Below, one piece after another: positions 33,245 through 42,935 of a DNA stretch of 64,000 nucleotides. The notes beneath the pieces are model-generated. The model did no database searches. It was not told where the DNA came from and saw only the letters and a list, made by a program, of their open reading frames with translations. The stretch is from Rhynchopus sp. YZ270_cl-10 (lineage: Eukaryota), in the NCBI GenBank assembly GCA_964035575.1, contig OZ037833.1, forward strand, positions 372,001-436,000, read 5' to 3'. Each line of letters starts with the position of its first letter. The stretch's first letter is position 1. Position numbers and translations under genes: made by a program.

Positions 33245-33798
33245 TGGTATTAACTTTACATCTCAAAAAATCAAAACAATTGGGGGATTCTAAAGGACGC
33301 CTTTTTTAATGGATTCAACGAATATTACCCCAAAGGGGACAGAATCAAAATGGGAGCTGAAGTAACACCTCAGTGTTGCACATGGCAACCAAAAAAAGAA
33401 ACGAAAAAAACACCACAGTAGCCTGGGCCGGACCAACAAGCCCTCTCCCAAAGCAGAATACCTCCCCCCACACACACCATGGCCTGTATTCACGCCATTA
33501 TCAAAAAAAGGTTAAAGTAAGATAATAAGACATCTCACCTTCCTGGAGGTTGACTCTACGATGACCACATCCTATACAGCCTTGTCGCTAATAAAGGCTT
33601 TAATGTTGGGATTTTGCGGGGTTTTATTACCTCAACATCAGATCTACCCCTCCCCCTCCCCCCTCCCCTCCTGAAATAAGAAGTGCACATCTATACCGAG
33701 GATCGTGTCACAGCGGGGGTGATCGTCTCAGAACCCAGTAGGGTGTGTTTGCCATCAACGCAGAGCGGAGCGGGGTGGTAAAGGAGAACCCCCCCTTA

Positions 33799-34470
33799 TC
33801 ATGAGAACACCCGAGTATCCCTCCCTTCCTCTTCTTCTTCCCTTTCCCCTTCGTCTTCGTCAGCTTCCTCATCCTCATCATCATCTTCATTTATTGAATT
33901 TTCTGAAACAACGTCCATCCCAAATGCGGATATATTATCTGGCTCGAAGGTTCCCTTTCTGCCATTTTTGCGGATTGTGACTGAGGAGATTTCAACCTCA
34001 TCTCGGTTGAGGGTTGTTGAGGAGAACGATGGTGCTGGGAGGGTAGGGGTCGCTTCGCCTATTAAGTTGAGCTTTTCGTTGTCGTATGCTGTAAGGCGCG
34101 CGGTGCGGAGTTGCGGGGGGAGCGATTCACGATAGTTTGTGATCAAACTCCGCCGTGGAGTGTACCGCACCTTATCATCGAAGGAGGTCAATGCTAATCT
34201 CGCGGATTCATCATTCAGCGCTTTCCATTCTGCAACCTGGGCACCACCTCTGCTTGAATTATAGGTCGAAACAGCGTTTTTCAAATGCCGAAGATGTTTT
34301 CTCCCATACGCCAAGCCCCTCGCAATCAACTCCGGATCGTTCGAACCGCCTCTCCGATAAAACTCAATTCTGACAGCATTTCGAATCTCATCTAAGCTCA
34401 TCGTCGGATGAGAGGCGCCAATTTGAATAAAATCACGATACAACATTCGAGCAAAAGGGTGAAGAGGCAT
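33799..34470 (-). CDS. LYR-motif (Complex1_LYR-like) protein with acidic C-terminus (223 aa)
   Basis: RMLYRDF...IRNAVRIEF...DPELIARGLAYG matches the LYRM three-helix pattern. Confidence 0.7.
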   Translation of the reverse strand: MPLHPFARMLYRDFIQIGASHPTMSLDEIRNAVRIEFYRRGGSNDPELIARGLAYGRKHLRHLKNAVSTYNSSRGGAQVAEWKALNDESARLALTSFDDKVRYTPRRSLITNYRESLPPQLRTARLTAYDNEKLNLIGEATPTLPAPSFSSTTLNRDEVEISSVTIRKNGRKGTFEPDNISAFGMDVVSENSINEDDDEDEEADEDEGEREEEEEGRDTRVFS

Positions 34471-34586
34471 CTTTAAAAAAAAATCACAAAAAAAAAAAAA
34501 AAATTACTATGAAAATGTACCAGAAGGCTTTTTTGGATTTTTTTGTGTCGTCTTGAAACCCTTTGTGGTGGTGTTGGAAGGGGTTG

Positions 34587-34724
34587 GGGAGAAGGGAGAA
34601 GGGAGAAGGGAGAAGGGAGAAGGGAGAAGGGAGAAGGGAGAAGGGAGAAGGGAGAAGGGAGAAGGGAGAAGGGAGAAGGGAGAAGGGAGAAGGGAGAAGG
34701 GAGAAGGGAGAAGGGAGAAGGGAG
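34587..34724. repeat. (GGGAGAA)19 heptamer tandem repeat upstream of the LYR gene
   Basis: Read directly; forms a pure polypyrimidine tract on the minus (gene) strand. Confidence 0.97.
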
Positions 34725-35462
34725 GGGAAAGTGTGTTCATGGGGTTTGGCTTTTCAAGCGGATTTCTTTTTTCTTTTTTTTGAAATTTTCATTTGAAAAA
34801 TTGCGTGTAGACACACTACTGTGAACTCCACGCTTTCTTTCTTTTGTTCTTTGAACTTCAGGGGATGAAGGAAGGTTGTGGGAAAACAAAAGAGAAGTTG
34901 AACCGAACACCTCGCCGTATGTAGGAAGCAGGCACCGAACAAATTTGAAATACACCCTCTCAACGACAAGTGTACTTCTCCAGAACACCGGGTGTTGAAT
35001 CTTTTTAGGGTGTATGTTTGAACAAGAAAGTAAAATGAAGTTAAAACCGGCGTTGGAAAATAGAATATCAACTCTCTGTGGAAGTCCATCCAACCCACTC
35101 AAAGTGCTGCACTTCTTTGTGTTTGACCCTACAAAGGAAAAAAAGATCGGCTAGACGGAAACAAAAACAAAAGAAAATAGAAACGTAACACTCATCACAC
35201 GATAAAACCCATGGGAAAACAGGTTGTGGTGAAACGCACACACCTCGACCCTGTTTAGCAGAACCGTTCAAAAATGCTTTGTTTCTACTTCCTCCTTCAT
35301 TTCATGAGGTGACAGAGAGGGAAAAAAAAACGTTGTCAGGTGAGCCGCACTCAAGCCGTATTCTCTAACGTCAAACTCCTAAGAAAAATCTTGAAAAGTT
35401 GTGAACAAAGATAAAAGGTAAATAGGTGCGAACACCTCAACAAACCAGAGACGCAAAAGGTA

Positions 35463-35532
35463 ATTTCATCATATGCAATCAATACATTGACAGTATATGG
35501 TGAGGGATCAACAAAATGTTCCCATCTTTCTT
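35463..35532. repeat. Micro-hairpin family D (TTTCATCATATGCAATCAAT..ATTGA.AGTATATGGTGAGGGATCAACAAAA..TCCCATCTTTC)
   Basis: Other copies at 10186, 11871 and 39958 (partial). Confidence 0.88.
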
Positions 35533-36523
35533 TAGACGCAAAAAAAAAAAGTGAAGTTGATAGTGCAAACGCCTCTGGGACGCAGGCACTGACACTCCGC
35601 GGGGAAAAAAAAGGGCTCCTGAGAGTCACCCCACCTGACGGAACTCACTTCAAGGGAAAGGGCGACACTCCGTCGCTCTCCCCGTGAAGGATAGGACCAA
35701 AATTTTTGGTGTTCCGTGCAGGTGGGGGGGTCGTGGATGTCTGCAGAGGCAGAGACGAACAACGCCTCTGTGCATCCACCCTCTTTCAAGGAACAAGACA
35801 GAGGGGGAGGGGAAATGACTAAGAGAATATTTTCAATCGAAAGGTGGTCTCCTCTTTTTTTTTTTGAATAAATAATCTTTTGTTTTTTTTTTTTGCAAAT
35901 AAAAAGTAGGGTACAGCAAAGGGGTACAGCAAAGAAAGAAAGAAAAAAATGGTCGATATTGACAGGTCGCTGAAAGGCCGATTTCCGAAAGCACAAAAAG
36001 AAAATTGCGAGAGGCAAAATAACACAATACAAAACAACCCGCTCGAATGAACAGTGTACCTTTGGTACGACCGGGTTGTACCCCCAACCATGCAGTCCTA
36101 CATCCATTTTTTTCGTGGGTTTCCATCTGATATGAGAAACAAAATAGGTGAAAACGTAGTAAAACGCAGCTTGGGTCGTCATGCAAGACAAAAAAAAATA
36201 AGGCCTTTTTTGAAAACTTGGTTGTATTAGTGTAGCCACCTGAGAGTGTGCTGCACTAGCCTTTTTTCTTTTACCCCTCCACTGCTGCGGTATATTGCAA
36301 TTGACTGTCTCACAGGAGCTCTTGATAGCAATATCCTCAGTGTGCGCAAAAGAAGAGGGAAGGTCAGGAAAAAGATGACCAACCTTTTTTTTCGAACCCT
36401 TTTTTTTGTCAATAAATAGAAACTAAAACGTTGGGATATGGGGATGGAGACTACCCTAAGGCACGCAGAAACAGCGAGGAAAAATCCTCACACTTCAAAA
36501 ACAGGGTTTCTTTCCACTTTTGT

Positions 36524-36592
36524 TTGATAAATTGTTGGAGTAGTGTAGTTGCCTCGGTTGTGTTGCCACAGTTTGTGCAATCTCCACTGTCC
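36524..36592. repeat. Micro-hairpin family C (TTGATAAATTGTTGGAGTAGTGTAGTTGCCTCGGTTGTGTTGCCACAGTTTGTGCAATCTCCACT)
   Basis: Other copies at ~13896, 48958, 57687 and 63264, all in the same orientation. Confidence 0.9.
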
Positions 36593-36673
36593 ATAAGTTC
36601 ACTCACGAAAAGGCCTCAGATATTTTGTCCCAAACCCAGAGATACTTTTCCCCCCCCTTTCCACCCATTTTTT

Positions 36674-37426
36674 TCAATCAATCTTCACCTTCTCCGGGTC
36701 TTTGTAGGTCCCTCCCAGGTGATCCCAGAAGGCAAAGAAAGGTTGCGAATAGTTAAACCTGGTGCCTTGCAGGCGATGGTGTGAGTCATGAAACGCTGCA
36801 TTGTTCCCCGTAAAAATGAATTGAAACGGATCCCAGGGGATTTTGTATCCACAGTGATCGTCTACATTCTTCATTACACCGAGGGTAAAGACTGAACAGG
36901 CAACTAGAGGGTGCATATCGAGCACGATCATGGGGATTGCGCCAGAAACGTTGTCTAAAATAAATCCTTCAACGGGGTGGTTAAACTGCCCGGAGAAGCA
37001 GTATGGGGCGTATATGTCATGGTGCCACGAATGAAAGTGCTTGTAAAGAAAACGGTTCACGTGAAAGAGACGATGCCACCAATAGAGCCAGGTGTCAATG
37101 AAGACCATCGTTGCAATGACCTGAAGCAAGGCGACCCACCACGCAGGGAGCTCCCTGTTGACACAGCTGCCGTCCCCTTGAGCAACCAGGACGCACAAAA
37201 TGATGGCAGCCGTGTGCTGCGCCAAGACCGTGACAACCACCTTCGTTCTGCTCACCCTCTGCTTCGTGGGATCGGCAAAGCCCCCCTTTTGAATGACATA
37301 TTGCGACAAAAACCCGGTCCATTCCCCAATCATAAAGAGCAGCGACAACGTCCAATATGACACAAAGGGGAGTACAATCAAAGCGTAATCATATGCAACC
37401 AGCGGCTCCACTGCGGCACCCTCCAT
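36674..37426 (-). CDS. SUR2: Sphingolipid C4-hydroxylase (fatty acid hydroxylase superfamily; 250 aa)
   Basis: His boxes WHRLFH, HSWHH, DDHCGY and FHDSHH, plus NHPVEGFILD and NYSQPFF..WD motifs of SUR2/SBH. Confidence 0.88.
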   Translation of the reverse strand: MEGAAVEPLVAYDYALIVLPFVSYWTLSLLFMIGEWTGFLSQYVIQKGGFADPTKQRVSRTKVVVTVLAQHTAAIILCVLVAQGDGSCVNRELPAWWVALLQVIATMVFIDTWLYWWHRLFHVNRFLYKHFHSWHHDIYAPYCFSGQFNHPVEGFILDNVSGAIPMIVLDMHPLVACSVFTLGVMKNVDDHCGYKIPWDPFQFIFTGNNAAFHDSHHRLQGTRFNYSQPFFAFWDHLGGTYKDPEKVKID

Positions 37427-38440
37427 TTTTATGACCCAGAGTGTGGACTTCTTTTAGGTGTCTGTAGGTGTTGATATTCAATGTTGTGTTATAAATGCAC
37501 TGTGGAGGTGAAGTGAAGCGGTGGGGTGTCCCTGAACTGCCTCCCCACCCCTGGCAAAGCACAGCCACAGTGGAAACAACCCTGCTGTCATCACCTCACG
37601 GCACGAACACAGCAAAAGGTAAAAAAAAAAATGAAATACCCCCCTTCTTTGTTTATTGTTTGCTGTTTGTTGATCGCATCCATCCAAAAAAATTTTTAAA
37701 AATCCCAAAAAGTCCCGAACACCCGAAAACCCGCGTCCTGAAGTACGGGGAAGAGGTGGCGCAGGGGGGGCCGGTAGGACTCATGACAACCGAAGAACGC
37801 GTCTTTCATTTCTAGAGTTGCCGTACGTGCAGACGTATTACATACTCGTACGAAAAAAAAAGGGGGCTGTCTTTTTTTGTTATTATTTGCAGTGTGCCAT
37901 CACCATCACAATGCCACCCAAAGTCCAGTGCGATTTATCTTAATTCAAAAAAAATAAAGAAAATAATGAATAAAAAATTCGTGTCTGGACATTTATAAAG
38001 GATCTGCCGCATCAATAAGACGGAGAAGCTCACTGGCAGTTTTCTAAATGGGACGAACAAGCTATGATTCTGGAAAATTTAAAAAAAACACAAATCTGAA
38101 GCTTCACTGTGTGGGGAAGGCCCGAAAAACACCGCCAAAAACTGACAACCCGGGTTCACAACCCAGTTTGCATCGGCAAGCCACCACCTGTGTCTCTGTG
38201 CAGTCTTAAGTGACTGCTTTCAATCTTCTTCAGTTAAAACAAAAGCATGTATGGACACATGCTAAAAAAAACGAGACAGTCACCAGCTTTGGCCGGCTCT
38301 GATTTTAGTCCTATTCAGGACCTGAAAAATACTCTATGATAAAACACTGCACACTGCTAAAGACCACAATGTGTGCTTGGGGAAAAGTCAACTCCATCTG
38401 AGCGCCTTTCGACCTTTCTTGCGTTTGCTGCAATCAGAAC

Positions 38441-39658
38441 TCAGTGCAGGAGTGTGGTGTTCTCTGACACAGACGCAAGAGTCTTGTCCTGGGGATGCTC
38501 TTGCTGCTCTTGGGTTGCTTTCTCGAACCTGGCTGTTCCCTCAGCTGCAGCGGGAGTGGGCCTTCTTTGGCAACTGTAGCGCGAGCAAAGGTACCACCCA
38601 GTCGTGCTGAGCACAATCAACAACAACACAAATGCCACAACCATCCAGACAGTCCCGCTGATGCACAACGTATTAGCACAGCCGTGCTCTGGGCTTGGTG
38701 TCGACAACGGCTCCAGCCCAGGAACGCAAAGCACGTTCCCAACGTAGTTGTCCGCAGGCTGCGGCCCACATGCAGAATCGTACCCGCGACCCACCACCAT
38801 CATGCCCTGATCTGCGTACTTCGCTTTGGCCAGTGGGTCCATTTCTGCACAAATCTCAGGAAGGCATTGTAAAACAATATCCGAACTTGCCAACACCGTC
38901 CCAAACCCGCAAGTAAACTCCGGAGAGATGTGCACAACAGAGCAGTACCTCGATGTAGGTGATGGTGACGGCGTGTCTGGACTTGGCGTGGGTGGAGCTG
39001 GGCCGGGTACGCAGACGAAGTCCACTACGGTGTTGCCCTGCCTAGCAAGGACCCCGCAGGTTCCCGTGTACCCTGAGCCCACTACCATCATATCTGGATC
39101 TGCGTATCCCGCTTGGCCGAAGGCAGGCAGCCAGTCAGTGCAGAGAGTGTGCAGGCATGAAGACACTTCCTCCGACGTCGCAAGCTGTGACCCACTGTCG
39201 CATTTATCTGCAGCACTGGAAATGCTTGAATTGGAGATATGCATGCCTGAGCAGTTCCCTGTGTCAGGCGGCCCTGGCTGTGGTCGGGCGGTAATCCCAC
39301 GAAAAGCACAGATGGTCAAATACGTCTTTGTAGGATCGCCTGGCTGCACTGAACAGTCACCAACCCGACTTGCAAGCACCCTATCGTCGGATGCGTATCT
39401 GAGTGATCCGTACTCTGCGGCATAGAAGCAAAGAGGAACTGAGGACATACACTGCTCCACTTCCCACTCGTAGGCTGCAGTGGCATTGTCATCGCAATCA
39501 TCAAAACGCAAGGAGATGTCAGAGCAGTTAAACGCGACACATGTCTGTAAAAAGGGTGAAAGCACGATAATGAGGTAACGTTCATGGAAAAGAGAGCTAT
39601 CTCTTGCATTACATACCTGCACACTGAGGAACGCCACCACGGCTGCCGCACGGTTCAT
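38441..39658 (-). CDS. Type I membrane protein with three Cys-rich repeats (381 aa after removing the in-frame 72-nt intron 39545-39616)
   Basis: Removing GTATGT..TTACAG restores a signal peptide (MNRAAAVVAFLSVQTCVA); repeats C..I...C....A....V..CL..(L/I)C...YA(D/S)..; TM GTVWMVVAFVLLLIVL. Confidence 0.8.
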   Translation of the reverse strand: MNRAAAVVAFLSVQVCNARDSSLFHERYLIIVLSPFLQTCVAFNCSDISLRFDDCDDNATAAYEWEVEQCMSSVPLCFYAAEYGSLRYASDDRVLASRVGDCSVQPGDPTKTYLTICAFRGITARPQPGPPDTGNCSGMHISNSSISSAADKCDSGSQLATSEEVSSCLHTLCTDWLPAFGQAGYADPDMMVVGSGYTGTCGVLARQGNTVVDFVCVPGPAPPTPSPDTPSPSPTSRYCSVVHISPEFTCGFGTVLASSDIVLQCLPEICAEMDPLAKAKYADQGMMVVGRGYDSACGPQPADNYVGNVLCVPGLEPLSTPSPEHGCANTLCISGTVWMVVAFVLLLIVLSTTGWYLCSRYSCQRRPTPAAAEGTARFEKATQEQQEHPQDKTLASVSENTTLLH

Positions 39659-39680
39659 GATAAAAGAGAGGTTAATCTGT

Positions 39681-39955
39681 TAGTGAAAAAGGTGTAACGA
39701 ATAGAAGAGTATTCTGTGGAGTGGTGTAGTCTTTCTTCCCCGCAACGGAGAGGTGCTGTCTGTGCCTCCCGACTCTTAGCCATAGCCGACGCAGCGCTTC
39801 TGTGTCATGAGGAAGACAGGGGCAGGAAGCTCGAACATAACTAATAGAGGGGGGAAAGGGGGTCTTGTCTTTTTTTTATTATTATTTGCAGTGTGCCGAC
39901 CATGACCATCACCATCACAACGCCACCCAAAGTCCATTGCGCTTTTATTCAAAAA
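39681..39955. repeat. ~270-bp upstream block shared with 44243-44513
   Basis: Near-identical TAGTGAAA..GGTGTAACGAATAGAAGAG...GTCCATTGCGCTTTTATTCAAAA directly 5' of two unrelated genes. Confidence 0.9.
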
Positions 39956-40610
39956 AAATATTTTCATCATATGCAATCAATAAATTGATTTTAAAAAAAA
40001 TAAAAATAAAGAAAATAAAAAAAAAAGAAAGTTGCGTTTTGTATATCTGGACATTTAAAAAGGATCTGCTCCACCAATAAGACGGAGCAACTCAACCACC
40101 GACTGGCAGTTTTCCAAATGGGGCGACCAAGCTATGATTCTGGACATGTCGGGAAAAGAGAGAAAACTTCGATAGATGAAATGTGCATTTTTTCCCGTGC
40201 ACACACATCCAAAAAAAAAAGAAAAAGAATCATGGCTAAGGGGGCGGGGCGTGCGGGGGGGGAACACCACTGACTGGTGGCTGCGCACAAATGGGGTTGG
40301 GGAGAAGGGTTTTAGTGAGCACCGGCACAACTGCCCCAAGTGAAGGGGGGTGTACGAACAATGCGGAATGCGGAATGGACCGAAGACCACTTTGTTTCAT
40401 GTGCAAACATTTGAAGAGAACAGAAATAAGGGGAGAGCGAAGTCTCGCCTGCGTACGTCTTTTACGTTGCAGGCATTAGTAACAATGGTTTTGGTTCTCT
40501 AGGAAAAAAGAGGAAAAAGAGGAAAGGGAATATGGGGAAAGACCACCGACGGGCGGTTCACTTAGATAAAAATAAAATAAAAATAAAAAACAATCAGGAT
40601 TCATTATGGA

Positions 40611-41564
40611 TCACCACTTGTTGAGGTGGACGTGCACGTAGTCATGTCTCCTGCTCCACTTAGACACGTAGACAGAGACACCGCACACAACAGCAGCAAC
40701 CACGACAATACTACCCAGGACGATACCGGCAATGGCATCCCCACCGAGGGAGCTGCTGCCGCTGTCCGACGTCGCGGGCCCGGACCAGGAGAAGGAGGAA
40801 CCCGGCTGGCCGCTGATGACAAGGATCTTGCCCTTCTCGCACTGCGAGGCGAACGTGACTGTGCCTTGTGCTGCGGAGGCGGATGTGTAGACTACGTTCG
40901 ACGAGACGGCATTCACAATCCCTGCAGTGACTGTGAAGTGCACCGCCTCACTCGCACCGCAGTGCATCACACCCATGTAGAAGTCCATCAGCTTGCTCCC
41001 CACTGTGACAGAGCCGGTCGAGCCTGCGGACACCGGCTTGAGCGGCGCGGCAGCTTTGTCAATTGCATCCTCCGACAACTCAAGGCTGACGCCGGCAGGG
41101 CCAGACTTTGGCACGTAGCGTGTGAAGACACGCATGCTGTACGAAAACACTGGGGACGGCTCCGTCCATACCGGCGCACTCACCTGGAAGTACATGTCCG
41201 CACCAGGCGCGTACTCGGAGCCAACCGCAACAATGAGGACCGTGTCGTTCGTCGGGTCCACCGTCATCTGTTGCCCCACCTTATCATCCGTGTACAGCGT
41301 CAGGTTGAACGGAGGGATCTCATCCACTCCAGCGGGTGCGGTCAGGTTCAGCACCACGTGCTGCAGGTACGTCGTCTGCGTGTCCGCAATGTCCCCCGAC
41401 ACCATCGACACCAGGTCGCCCACATCCAGCTGGATATTCGTGTTCGAGGAGTTGATGTTAAAGCCAGTTGTCACCCCGGAGAGCACGTCTACCCCCGGGG
41501 GCAGTGGCGCTGTGCTGGCAGCAGACTGTGTTGCGAGTAGGGCCAAGAGAAACGCCATTTTCAT
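40611..41564 (-). CDS. Type I membrane surface protein (317 aa)
   Basis: Signal peptide MKMAFLLALLATQSAA, beta-rich ectodomain, TM AIAGIVLGSIVVVAAVVCGVSVYV and a short basic tail. Confidence 0.85.
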   Translation of the reverse strand: MKMAFLLALLATQSAASTAPLPPGVDVLSGVTTGFNINSSNTNIQLDVGDLVSMVSGDIADTQTTYLQHVVLNLTAPAGVDEIPPFNLTLYTDDKVGQQMTVDPTNDTVLIVAVGSEYAPGADMYFQVSAPVWTEPSPVFSYSMRVFTRYVPKSGPAGVSLELSEDAIDKAAAPLKPVSAGSTGSVTVGSKLMDFYMGVMHCGASEAVHFTVTAGIVNAVSSNVVYTSASAAQGTVTFASQCEKGKILVISGQPGSSFSWSGPATSDSGSSSLGGDAIAGIVLGSIVVVAAVVCGVSVYVSKWSRRHDYVHVHLNKW

Positions 41565-41771
41565 TTGAAGGGTGTGCGGTGTTTGTGTTTGTGTTGCAAA
41601 TACCTGTGCCGTGGTGTGGGTGTGGGGTGGAAAGGGGAACTTTGCGCAAAGCGGTGTTCCTTTGGCTGCCTGCACACATGGTGGAGGGTAAAGAAACAGA
41701 GTAGCATGTGGAGTGGGTGAGTGCTGACAACCACGCTACGCTGCCTTCTGGCACTAATGCGTACCAGCACT

Positions 41772-42216
41772 ACTCCAGCGGGTGCGGTCAGGTTCAGCAC
41801 CACGTGCTGCAGGTACGTCGTCTGCGTGTCTGCAATGTCCCCCGACATCAAAGATGTCAGGCTACTTACAGCCAGCTGGATATTCGTGTTCGAGGAGTTG
41901 ATGTTAAAGCCAGTTGTCACCCCGGAGAGCACGTCTACCCCCGGGGGCAGTGGCGCTGTGCTGGCAGCAGACTGTGTTGCGAGTAGGGCCAAGAGAAACG
42001 CCATTTTCATTTGAAGGGTGTGCGGTGTTTGTGTTTGTGTTGCAAATACCTGTGCCGTGGTGTGGGTGTGGGGTGGAAAGGGGAACTTTGCGCAAAGCGG
42101 TGTTCCTTTGTCTGCCTGCACACATGGTGGAGGGTAAAGAAACAGAGTAGCATGTGGAGTGGGTGGGTGCTGACAACCACGCTACGCTGCCTTCTCGCAC
42201 TAATGCGTACCAGCAC
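41772..42216 (-). pseudogene. 446-bp-period tandem duplication of the 5' end and upstream region of the 40611-41564 gene
   Basis: 41772-42216 repeats 41326-41770, with a short divergent patch (DVGDLVSMVS versus AVSSLTSLMS). Confidence 0.85.
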
Positions 42217-42935
42217 AGAACGGACGAAGCCGCAAAACAGGCTGGTTAATAATAATGCTTCGCTATGAAGCAACAGTGTGGAAGAGGCACAGACAAGAGA
42301 GTAGGTAGGGAGGTGGGGTAGGTGGGGTAGGGTGGGTGGTGTTCGTTTTTGTTTGTTCGTCGGCAAGAAGATGTCTTGTTACGGAAGAGACGACCATACC
42401 GGTATCCACGCCTTTGCATCCTTTGTAGCACATCAATCCAGCATACACTGGACTGGGTCGGTTGTGCAAAAGATTGGAAACACATAATAAAAGGTGGACA
42501 TGTAAAAGACATGCGGACACAGGCATCGATCAACGACAAAAAGTAAAGTGGAGCGTGTGCACGTGAAACAGCACTACTGTCGCAGGTGACTGGTTCGCCA
42601 CCGTTGACGAGTAACCATTTCAAAAAAGACCACACAAAGAAGGGTTGAGCGATGAGTGTAGGGTACCTTACTGGCGTGCACACACATCTATGAAAGAAAA
42701 GACAAGAAGAAGTCTGTGAACAAAAGAAAGATGTTGTAAGTTATCGAAAAGAGAAAGTGCTGCTGCCCTCGCGGGCTTTTGTTGCAAGTTATTTTTTTTC
42801 CTCACGGAAATGCATTTTGCCTCATGTTGTTGTTGACATGCAAACAGAGATTCAAAACTCAAGTAAATGAGTTTTGTGTGGACACCGCTCGCATACTAAC
42901 ACAGCGCACACATACATGCACACAGTGCTCTGTGC

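Noticed and set aside
34507..34824. ORFs with REKGEGR / PSPFSLL repeats, or a telomeric repeat
   Set aside because: They are translations of the (GGGAGAA)n tract, which is internal and not TTAGGG-like.
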